From Opitutus sp. GAS368 (GTDB lineage: Bacteria > Verrucomicrobiota > Verrucomicrobiia > Opitutales > Opitutaceae): a stretch of DNA of 19,637 nucleotides. Of the stretch, positions 8,678-16,103 are shown one piece after another. Both the position numbers and the translations under genes were made by a program. Location: positions 1 through 19,637 of the forward strand of contig CAMAVZ010000030.1 of NCBI GenBank assembly GCA_945861645.1. The letters are read 5' to 3'. The first letter of the stretch is position 1. Each line of letters begins with the position of its first letter. Below the pieces are notes generated by a model. That model searched no databases. It was not told the DNA's origin and saw nothing but the letters and a program-made list of their open reading frames with translations.

Positions 8678-10018
8678 ATGAAATCACTTGAGGATAAATT
8701 AAAAACTTGGGCGAACCCAGTTGAAATGCTCCGCAACGCTGAGGTCGGCGCCTATGTATTTCCGATCAAGCCAGAATTTAGCAATTGGCGGGATGAGCAA
8801 GAGGCCTGGCAGAAGACCGCCGCGCTTTTTGATCTCTCCCACCACATGACTGATATCTATTTCGAGGGCCCGGATGTCATGCGCCTGCTCACAGATCTTG
8901 CCGTCAATAGCTTTGCCGCTTTCGGTCCGGGGAAGGCTAAACAAATTGTTTGCTGCAACCCCGAAGGGTACGTGATCGGCGATGCGATCCTTTTTGGTCT
9001 TGGCCAAAATAAGGTCAATATTAGCGGTCGCCCGTCGGTGCCCCATTGGGTCGCCTATAACGCTGAAGTCGGCGGTTATGACGTCACCGTCACCCGTGAT
9101 GAACGCTCCGTCCAGAACCAAGGACAGCGAAAGACTTTTCGTTTTCAAATTCAGGGACCGAACGCGATGGCCATTCTGGCAAAAGCCGTGGATGGATCGC
9201 TGCCTTTGGTAAAATTCTTCAATATCGCTGAGCTATCGATCGCCGGGAAGCCCATCAAAGCGCTTGGTCATGGCATGGCTCGCACCCAAGGCATGGAGCT
9301 GTTTGGTCCGGCTGATTATGCCGATGCGGTCCGCGAAGCTCTGCTGGTAGCCGGGGAAGCCTTAGGCCTGCGCGAGGTTGGGGGCCGCGCCTATTCCACC
9401 GTCTCCCCTGAATCAGGGTGGATCCCTTCGCCGATGCCGGCTATTTTTAGCGATTCGCTGCAGCCTTATCGGGAGTGGCTCCCCGCGGATGGTTTCGAAG
9501 CGAACGCTTCGCTGGGGGGCAGTTTTGTTTCAGCCAGAATCGAGGACTATTACCAAACCCCCTGGGACCTGGGCTATGGCCGTCATATAAAATTTGATCA
9601 TGACTTTATTGGTCGCCCTGCCCTAGAAGCCATGTCCGAGCGACCGCACCGCGAAAAAGTTTGGCTGGTTTGGAATCGCGCTGACGTGCTCAAAATATTA
9701 GGGAGTGCCTTGGGCGGCGGGGATCGTTTTAAGCATCTCGAGATGCCGGGCGGTCATTATTCGACGCTGCCTTTCGATCGCGTCATGCGAAATGGCACCC
9801 TGATCGGACTTTCAACTTATAGCGTTTATACTTCAAACGTGCGGGCTTGGTTTTCGCTCGCCATGATTGATCGAGCGGCGGCGGTCGATGGCGCTGAAGT
9901 TATCGTGATCTGGGGCGAAGAAAATGGCGGCACCGCAAAACCCGCGGTCGAACGTCACGTGCAGACTGAAGTACGAGCGATCATCCATACGGCGCGACCC
10001 GAGGCGAAAGGCAGCTAG
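8678..10018 (+). CDS. ligM: Tetrahydrofolate-dependent aryl O-demethylase, LigM/DesA family (GcvT-like fold)
   Basis: NPVEMLRN..GAYVFP..PEFSNWRDEQ.AW...A.LFDLSHHM, GYVIGDAILF, RAYS....ESGWIPSPMPA, SLGGSFVS..IEDYYQTPWDLGYG, KFDHDFIGR, WGEENGGTAKP.VERH.Q all match the vanillate/3-O-methylgallate O-demethylase pattern. The His (HHM) and Tyr (RAY) catalytic positions are present. LigM versus DesA specificity cannot be resolved by eye. Confidence 0.88.
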   Translation: MKSLEDKLKTWANPVEMLRNAEVGAYVFPIKPEFSNWRDEQEAWQKTAALFDLSHHMTDIYFEGPDVMRLLTDLAVNSFAAFGPGKAKQIVCCNPEGYVIGDAILFGLGQNKVNISGRPSVPHWVAYNAEVGGYDVTVTRDERSVQNQGQRKTFRFQIQGPNAMAILAKAVDGSLPLVKFFNIAELSIAGKPIKALGHGMARTQGMELFGPADYADAVREALLVAGEALGLREVGGRAYSTVSPESGWIPSPMPAIFSDSLQPYREWLPADGFEANASLGGSFVSARIEDYYQTPWDLGYGRHIKFDHDFIGRPALEAMSERPHREKVWLVWNRADVLKILGSALGGGDRFKHLEMPGGHYSTLPFDRVMRNGTLIGLSTYSVYTSNVRAWFSLAMIDRAAAVDGAEVIVIWGEENGGTAKPAVERHVQTEVRAIIHTARPEAKGS

Positions 10019-10106
10019 CCGCGCTTGCCCGATCCGCAGAAATTTTCGTCCCAACTCTTTCGGTTACCCGCCGGCTGCTTAGATATACCGCCAACCGCGA
10101 TTCATA

Positions 10107-10940
10107 ATGCCCAACCGATCCCCTTACCGCTGGAGCCTTGAGGTTGTCCCCGCGCACGCACACCGCGCGACGTTAGTGCGTGGATTGGTCGAGGAAATTT
10201 TCGTGACCATGATTCCAGGATCGGAGATCAAAACGTCGCTCGCAGCAATCGCGTCGCTCACGGCGCAAGGGTTTATCCCCGTACCGCATATCGCGGCCCG
10301 CGCATTTAAAAGTGAGGCCGAACTTGATGGATTTTTGCGGGAAATCGAACAGCTGGGCGTTCGCAAAGCGTTATTACTGGCCGGAGGAGCCCGCCGGTCA
10401 GCTGGCCCGTTCGCGCAGACCCTTGATCTGCTACGGTCAAAAGCATTTGCGCGAACCAGCTTAAGCGTCATTGGCCTGGCCGGTCACCCCGAGGGTAATC
10501 CCGATGATCCCCATTCGCGCCAGAGCCTAGAAAAAAAGGTCCAATTCCTCCGCACCGCCAAACTTGGCTTAGAGATCATCACGCAATGGAGTTTCTCCCC
10601 CCAGCTGGCGAGCGCCTTCCTCATGGCTCTGCGCACCTCGGGCCTTGCCGAAACGGTGGCGGTAGGTGTTGCCGGCCCCGCTTCACTGAAAACGCTGCTG
10701 AAATATGCTCAGACCTGCGGCGTGGCGGCATCCATGGATATTATGGGCAAGCACGGCTTAAGCCTCAGCCGGCTCCTGATGCCGAATAAGCCCGAATTGT
10801 TTGTGCACGCGGTTGAAGGCACCGACCGCTTTCATCTTTATCCCTTTGGTGGGCTCGAGCAATCTGCTGCCTGGCTTGAATCGCTTAAGGTCATGCACGA
10901 TCGCTCAAGAGTGACGGCATCGCCGCGGGAATCTGCCTAA
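10107..10940 (+). CDS. metF: Methylenetetrahydrofolate reductase-like flavoprotein (demethylase-associated MetF type)
   Basis: Motifs WSLEV, PVPHIAAR, GLAGHPEG, ITQW.F, GVAGPASLKTLLKYA..CGV, HLYPFGG. It lies directly downstream of the O-demethylase, as in the Sphingobium ligM-metF arrangement. Confidence 0.82.
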   Translation: MPNRSPYRWSLEVVPAHAHRATLVRGLVEEIFVTMIPGSEIKTSLAAIASLTAQGFIPVPHIAARAFKSEAELDGFLREIEQLGVRKALLLAGGARRSAGPFAQTLDLLRSKAFARTSLSVIGLAGHPEGNPDDPHSRQSLEKKVQFLRTAKLGLEIITQWSFSPQLASAFLMALRTSGLAETVAVGVAGPASLKTLLKYAQTCGVAASMDIMGKHGLSLSRLLMPNKPELFVHAVEGTDRFHLYPFGGLEQSAAWLESLKVMHDRSRVTASPRESA

Positions 10941-11009
10941 GCATAAACTTAGCGCCGCGGCGTTCGGCTTGGGCGCCCTCCGACCAACCGCCCCGCGCGG
11001 GGCGCGGAA

Positions 11010-12635
11010 TTAAAAAGCCGTCCCGTTAGCCTTGGTCCCGCAAAAAGAAACCTCGATACCCAGCTGAGCGGCCAAGGCGGCTTTGGTGTAAGCCGCTAAA
11101 TCAGCCGCGGCGGCGGAATTCGCATAGGCGACTTGAATGTGATTAGCCTGATGCCGCGCCATCATCAGATCGCGCGTCACGCCATAAGTCACCGCATGCA
11201 TGATCGGCCATTGGGGAGTGGTTTCTTGCCAACGCCGCTCGGTTTCCGCCCGCGGCAAACTGACGACCTGGGCTCGGCCGAGATCCATTTTGAGTTTACC
11301 CCCTTGCACAAAAACTCGGCTCCAGACGATCTCGCCCGGCTTCGCAATCCCGCGCAACGAGCCACCGCCCAACCGGAAATACATCGGGGGCTGCCGGTGC
11401 GAATCAGAGCCCGCCCAACCGCCGATGTGGTGATCAGCAGGCGCACTGCCGGAAATTAAAAAGACCCAGACATACTCTGGGGTGGTCCCGGATTTATCCC
11501 AATCACCCCAGCGCAAATCATGGAGCGTATTCGCTTTGGGCTGACCGAGCGCCGCGTGCACGCGGTTGGTAAACAAACCATCAAGACCAGCACACTCATC
11601 CACTTCATTGAAATGCACAATGGGCTGACCGGGACGAATCATTTTACCTGCGGCATTTTTCACGGGCGGACGATCGGTGGAATTAAGTGTGCCTTCCACC
11701 AAGTCGGAAGCCGGCAATAAATCCTTCAAGCCTTGCTGATATTGAATCCCAATCGTCTCGCAGCCAAATTCATCAGCGATGCGGCAAGCGGCGATGTAGG
11801 TTTTGCACTGCCACAATACCTGATTTTTAGTGAGCTCGGTCGCTTCATCGCGGCCTAAGTGAAAAGTGAAACCTTGCTTAACGTACCAATTAAAAACCGC
11901 CTGCGCCTCTCTGTTCGTCACCTGCGTGGCGCCATAATAGAGCGCCGCTTGCGAGAGGCGCTCTTTGCAAACGCCCACTTGATAAAGCAAATCATCGGGA
12001 ATGATGGCGTTGTACATGCCCATGCAGCCTTCATCAAAAATACCCATGATGGATTTCCGGGTGCGTAGATCCGTCGCGATTTTCTGGGCCACGCCCTTGG
12101 CCTTGGCCGGCACCGCTGCCTTGGCGTAGGCGCGCACATGTGGCGTGCGATGCGTCGTCACGCCCGTCTGCAACCAACGAGCCAAGCCCGTCAAAAAATA
12201 TTCATCATCAAAATTGTCGCTCCAGAGCGTCGAATATTTCACGCCGGCCTTGGTCAGCGAACCATTGAGGTTCAGCATTCCCACCAACCCCGGCCACTGG
12301 CCGCTCCAGTTCGCCACCGTCAAAATTGGCCCGCGGTGCGTCAGTAAACCACCGAGCAAATGATGCGAATATTGCCAGACCGCTTCGGCAATGATAAGCG
12401 GGGCCGTCGGCTCGAGCTCGGCAAAAAGGGCGAGCCCTTCTTTTTGCGATGAGATAAAGCCGTGTTTAACCTTCGGTTTGTAGGGATGCGCCCGCACGAG
12501 CCGACCGCCCAATTGGGCAACGGCCTGAGCAAGTTTTTTTTCGACCGCCAATTGCGCGGGCCAACAGGCTTGATTAGCCGTTTGGCGTAAGTCGCCATTA
12601 GCCACGAGCAACACTGGGGAAGAGGAACGAGACAT
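11010..12635 (-). CDS. L-fucose/L-arabinose isomerase-like protein, substrate unknown
   Basis: 541 aa. Motifs NWSGQWPGLVGMLNLNGSL, GIFDEGCMGMYN, GIQYQQGL, FNEVDE (ExD metal-ligand-like), LHDLRWG, VWSR, QWPIMH and C-terminal ANHIQVAY (NH motif of the FucI/AraA C-terminal domain). Confidence 0.72.
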   Translation of the reverse strand: MSRSSSPVLLVANGDLRQTANQACWPAQLAVEKKLAQAVAQLGGRLVRAHPYKPKVKHGFISSQKEGLALFAELEPTAPLIIAEAVWQYSHHLLGGLLTHRGPILTVANWSGQWPGLVGMLNLNGSLTKAGVKYSTLWSDNFDDEYFLTGLARWLQTGVTTHRTPHVRAYAKAAVPAKAKGVAQKIATDLRTRKSIMGIFDEGCMGMYNAIIPDDLLYQVGVCKERLSQAALYYGATQVTNREAQAVFNWYVKQGFTFHLGRDEATELTKNQVLWQCKTYIAACRIADEFGCETIGIQYQQGLKDLLPASDLVEGTLNSTDRPPVKNAAGKMIRPGQPIVHFNEVDECAGLDGLFTNRVHAALGQPKANTLHDLRWGDWDKSGTTPEYVWVFLISGSAPADHHIGGWAGSDSHRQPPMYFRLGGGSLRGIAKPGEIVWSRVFVQGGKLKMDLGRAQVVSLPRAETERRWQETTPQWPIMHAVTYGVTRDLMMARHQANHIQVAYANSAAAADLAAYTKAALAAQLGIEVSFCGTKANGTAF

Positions 12636-12843
12636 CGTGCACTCAACCCACTAGAATATTATAATGAGCGCAAGCCTCCGCAGATCTCCGCGAAAATGCG
12701 CGTGGAGCCGTTGGCATGATCAAGCTAACTTCAGGCGCGCCGCCCAAGCGACCGACGCCAGGCCGCACGCTTCGGACTAGCCGGCGATTTTGATTTACCC
12801 ATTTTAGGGAAGAGCCCAATGAAGAGGCTTAAGTCCCCTCCCC

Positions 12844-14256
12844 ATGGCCAAAAAAAGACTGACTAGTTTGCGCATACTTGTGGTGGAAGATGAGCCTTTG
12901 CTGCGCCGGCGTTTTACCAGTTTCTTGGAAGGACTAGGGGCGGAGGTCACCGCCGCGCCAAACTTACATGAAGCGGAAAAAGCGCTCACCACCCTAGATT
13001 TCGATGTAGCATTGCTGGACGTCAATTTGCCCGACGGGCTCGGCACCGATCTGTGCAAGCGCCAATTTATTCCCACCGCCACCGTGACGCTAGTGATGAC
13101 CGCTGGGGGCGGCGTCGCGGGGGCCGTTGAGGCGATGCGCCTCGGGGCGGCGGATTATCTCGTCAAGCCGTTTGAGCTCGAAGAATTGCCCCTACGCATC
13201 GAACGCGCGCGTCAGGCGCAGCAGCACCAGCGCGCCGAAGAATTTCGTCAGGGCCAAGGATTAAACCGAGCGAACGACCCCGATCTTTTTTTCGGGCAGA
13301 GCTTAGCTGCGGTCGAACTGCAGTTGAAAAAAATTGTTGAAGCCGATCGGCGCCGCGAAGGCCATCTGCCGCCGGTGTTGATCGAGGGCGAGACCGGCGC
13401 CGGCAAAACGGCCTTCGCGCGTTGGCTACACCGGCATGGCCCCCGCGCCCAGGGCCCCTTGATCGAGGTAAACTGCTCAGCCCTACCCGAGGCCCTCGCA
13501 GAGTCCGAACTTTTTGGCCACGAACGCGGCGCCTTTACCGACGCCTCGGCCACGCGCATCGGATTGATGGAAGCAGCGGAAGGCGGCACCTTATTTCTTG
13601 ATGAATTGCCCAGCCTGTCGCCGGCTCTGCAGAGCAAAGTGCTGACGGCGATCGAAGATCATGTCATTCGCCGCGTGGGCTCGAATCGCATGAAGCCAGT
13701 CAACCTGCGCATCATCGCGGCCACCAACGCTGATTTGCGGAACCTCGTCGCAGCCGGACGCTTCCGGGAGGATCTACGGCAACGACTTGATTTATTTCGC
13801 GTGCAGATCCCGCCCCTGCGGGAGCGCGGGGAAGATATTATCGCCTTGGCGGAGCAGCTGACCGAAAAAATTGGCCGGCAATATGGAATGAAAGTACGCA
13901 CCATTCCCGCCGAAGGACGCCGCCGCTTGCGCGCGCACCGCTGGCCGGGCAACGTGCGCGAATTGGCCCATGAAATTGAGCGCGCCTTAGTTTTTGGCTC
14001 AGCGGGAAACTCACTTGATTTTGCCGGTCTTCCGCGCGACGTAGCCACCGCACAACCCCATCGCGGTTGGGGCCAACCCGGTTTTGTTTTTCCTGAAACC
14101 GGCTTCTCCTTAGAAGCAACCATCGACCAAATGGTGGCCCAAGCGCTGCAGCAAAGTGACGGCAATGTCTCCGCCGCGGCTCGCTTATTAGGGGTCGCGC
14201 GAGATTACGTGCGTTACCGCATGAAGTCGTCAGCTCAGCAAAGTGATCTTGGTTAA
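12844..14256 (+). CDS. Sigma-54-dependent response regulator (REC-AAA+-Fis HTH, NtrC type)
   Basis: REC domain: VVEDE, LLDVNLPD, MTA, KPF. AAA+ domain: Walker A GETGAGKT, ESELFGHERGAFTDA, Walker B LFLDE, RIIAATN, WPGNVREL. HTH: GNVSAAARLLGV.R. Confidence 0.96.
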   Translation: MAKKRLTSLRILVVEDEPLLRRRFTSFLEGLGAEVTAAPNLHEAEKALTTLDFDVALLDVNLPDGLGTDLCKRQFIPTATVTLVMTAGGGVAGAVEAMRLGAADYLVKPFELEELPLRIERARQAQQHQRAEEFRQGQGLNRANDPDLFFGQSLAAVELQLKKIVEADRRREGHLPPVLIEGETGAGKTAFARWLHRHGPRAQGPLIEVNCSALPEALAESELFGHERGAFTDASATRIGLMEAAEGGTLFLDELPSLSPALQSKVLTAIEDHVIRRVGSNRMKPVNLRIIAATNADLRNLVAAGRFREDLRQRLDLFRVQIPPLRERGEDIIALAEQLTEKIGRQYGMKVRTIPAEGRRRLRAHRWPGNVRELAHEIERALVFGSAGNSLDFAGLPRDVATAQPHRGWGQPGFVFPETGFSLEATIDQMVAQALQQSDGNVSAAARLLGVARDYVRYRMKSSAQQSDLG

Positions 14257-14295
14257 AATCTCCCGACCAATCAGGTTAAATTGGGAATTAATTCC
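14249..14295. promoter_or_regulatory. Candidate tandem enhancer (UAS) for the sigma-54 activator
   Basis: Perfect palindrome GGAATTAATTCC (14284-14295) and a looser TTGG-N8-TCC copy 32 bp upstream. An AT-rich tract separates them from the -24/-12 element. Confidence 0.4.
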
Positions 14296-14373
14296 ATTTT
14301 TTCAAAAACAGGCAATCGTTGGATTATATTATATAATATTGTTCCACAGCATGATACGTTTTATAAAAGAACA

Positions 14374-14389
14374 TGGCATACATCACGCT
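14374..14389 (+). promoter_or_regulatory. Sigma-54 (-24/-12) promoter
   Basis: TGGCATACATCACGCT has GG (14375-76)-N10-GC (14387-88) with a TGGCA 5' half. It is 53 nt upstream of ATG 14443 and just downstream of a sigma-54 activator gene. Confidence 0.7.
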
Positions 14390-14442
14390 AACACGTAGGA
14401 ACTGTTAGTTATTAATCATTCACCCTCAAAATAAAATCATCC

Positions 14443-14805
14443 ATGAAAACAACCCTCCTCAGATCGATTCTCAGCGCGCTGGTTATCGCCGGCAGCGCTC
14501 TCACCGCATCGGCTCAGACCGCTCCCGTTCCGGCTAAACCCACCGTCGACATTTCGAAACTTGGGCCAGCTATTCAGGCCATCGTCGCCGCTCATCGCGA
14601 CACAACGAAAAGCTTCCTCGAGGCCCGCAAGGCCACTTTGGCGCTCCTGAAAAATGCTTCGCCCAAAGATATCGAGGCCATGAAGGCCACCCTCCATGAC
14701 ATCATGGTGGCACACCAGAAGGATCAACGCGAATTGGCCAAGGCTATTCGCGATGCGATTAAGGCTCGGCGCGACCAACAGCGCAGCAAGCCTTCCGGTG
14801 GCTAA
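14443..14805 (+). CDS. Small secreted alpha-helical protein of unknown function (Spy/CpxP/ZraP-like in size and character)
   Basis: 120 aa: Sec signal peptide ending ASA|Q, Pro-rich linker, then Ala/Lys/Arg-rich amphipathic helices. It has its own promoter and terminator. Confidence 0.85.
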   Translation: MKTTLLRSILSALVIAGSALTASAQTAPVPAKPTVDISKLGPAIQAIVAAHRDTTKSFLEARKATLALLKNASPKDIEAMKATLHDIMVAHQKDQRELAKAIRDAIKARRDQQRSKPSGG

Positions 14806-14838
14806 ACGATAAATCATCTCGGCTAATTTGTTTTCTTC

Positions 14839-14871
14839 ACCGACGCCCTGTTTTGGGGCGTCGGTTTTTTT
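14839..14871 (+). terminator. Rho-independent terminator
   Basis: ACCGACGCCC-TGTTTTG-GGGCGTCGGT is a perfect 10-bp stem followed by TTTTTT, 33 nt after the stop at 14805. Confidence 0.9.
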
Positions 14872-14898
14872 GCCGCTTGCCGCATCAACCTAGCCTTT

Positions 14899-16095
14899 AT
14901 GCACTCACGTCTGATGCCCCTACCTGCCTCCCGGTCTCAGCGAGTTGCATCCTACCTGCCGCGGTTGGTTATTTTTGTGCTGCTGGCGGCGCCGAGCTGG
15001 GCGGAAGAGACGGCGGCTGATCAGCTCAAAAATCTAGCAGCGGCGCTAAAGATCCCCACGTGGAGTCTGTCCACTGAGAGCAGCGCCGCCTTAGGTTATC
15101 GTGACAACGTCAGCTTAAGCTCCACGCAGCCCGAGCGCAGTGGTTTTCTGCGGGGCGAGGTCGAGGCGATGCTGCTGCGCTTACCGACCCAGGGATGGGA
15201 TGGCTTTGCTTTTTTTGATATCGTAGAGACTCGTTACTTCTCGGCCGAGACGACCGATCACGAACGTTCGGCTTTTCTCACCACGGAGCTGCGCTGGCAG
15301 CCGACGACCGCCTTCAAAATGGGTCTGCAGGCCCAAGGCTACCATCACGACCAAGTATTTGATGTATCCACCACCGAGATTAGCCGCGATACCGCTCTTT
15401 TAAAAGTCACCGGTATTACGCTTACGCCGAATGCACGCTGGAATTTTACCGAATCTTGGTGGGCAGAAGCCCAAGCGAGCGGCCGACAGGATCATTACGC
15501 GGAAAATCTCGACGGCTACACGGAAGGCGAAGGCAATTTTTCCCTGGGTTGGCACAACCAGGCCGGCACTGAATTGAGTATCAGAGGCGCCGAGCGCTGG
15601 CGCTCCCATGATTCCCGCGAGCAATATACGGCCGCCGGTCGACCCCTCACGGGCTCCCGCCTCAAGGTTCAGCAAAACGAAATCAGGCTCAACCTGAGCC
15701 TAGCGCCCAATAAATTTAAATCTTGGCGCGGCAGTCTCACCGCCTTGCACATCAAAAACCAGGATAACGGCAGCGGCTATTTTAATTTCACCCAACAGCA
15801 GCTCACCGCCAGTCTTGTTTGGAAAAAGGCCGCCTGGGAGTGCCGCGGCGCAGCGAGTGCCACGCGTTATGATTTTCCGATTCAACTCGTGGGCATTGGC
15901 ATCGCCCCCGAAAATCGCCACAAAGAGGAATACCGCTTAAGCTTGGCCATCACCCGTCGCCTGAATGCGGCTTGGGCTCTCGTCGGCTATTACGAAACTG
16001 AGCGCGCCCTTTCTAACGACGACCGCTCGCGCTTCCGCATTAATACCAGTTATGTCGGTTTGGCGTGGAGTTGGGATAATTTAGGCCTAGACTAG
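14899..16095 (+). CDS. Putative outer-membrane beta-barrel protein of unknown function
   Basis: Signal peptide (..RLVIFVLLAAPSWA|E), first-strand motif LGYRDNV, many alternating amphipathic strands ending in aromatics (ELRWQP, NARWNF, FSLGWH, SLVWKK), and last strand YVGLAWSW. The start may be ATG 14914. Confidence 0.7.
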   Translation: MHSRLMPLPASRSQRVASYLPRLVIFVLLAAPSWAEETAADQLKNLAAALKIPTWSLSTESSAALGYRDNVSLSSTQPERSGFLRGEVEAMLLRLPTQGWDGFAFFDIVETRYFSAETTDHERSAFLTTELRWQPTTAFKMGLQAQGYHHDQVFDVSTTEISRDTALLKVTGITLTPNARWNFTESWWAEAQASGRQDHYAENLDGYTEGEGNFSLGWHNQAGTELSIRGAERWRSHDSREQYTAAGRPLTGSRLKVQQNEIRLNLSLAPNKFKSWRGSLTALHIKNQDNGSGYFNFTQQQLTASLVWKKAAWECRGAASATRYDFPIQLVGIGIAPENRHKEEYRLSLAITRRLNAAWALVGYYETERALSNDDRSRFRINTSYVGLAWSWDNLGLD

Positions 16096-16103
16096 TCAGT
16101 GGA

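Noticed and set aside
10989-11004. Perfect 16-bp palindrome CGCCCCGCGCGGGGCG between convergent metF and isomerase genes
   Set aside because: Could be a transcript-end hairpin, but it has no U-tract on either strand and I saw no second copy to suggest a REP element.
12712-12726. TGGCATGATCAAGCT upstream of the response regulator as a sigma-54 promoter
   Set aside because: GG to GC spacing is 9 nt, not the required 10.
13528-13545. GAFTDA instead of GAFTGA in the activator
   Set aside because: A common variant with the key F and T retained, so not evidence of sigma-54 independence.
14437-14817. 126-aa minus-strand ORF
   Set aside because: Antisense shadow of the 14443-14805 gene, which has a signal peptide, promoter and terminator.
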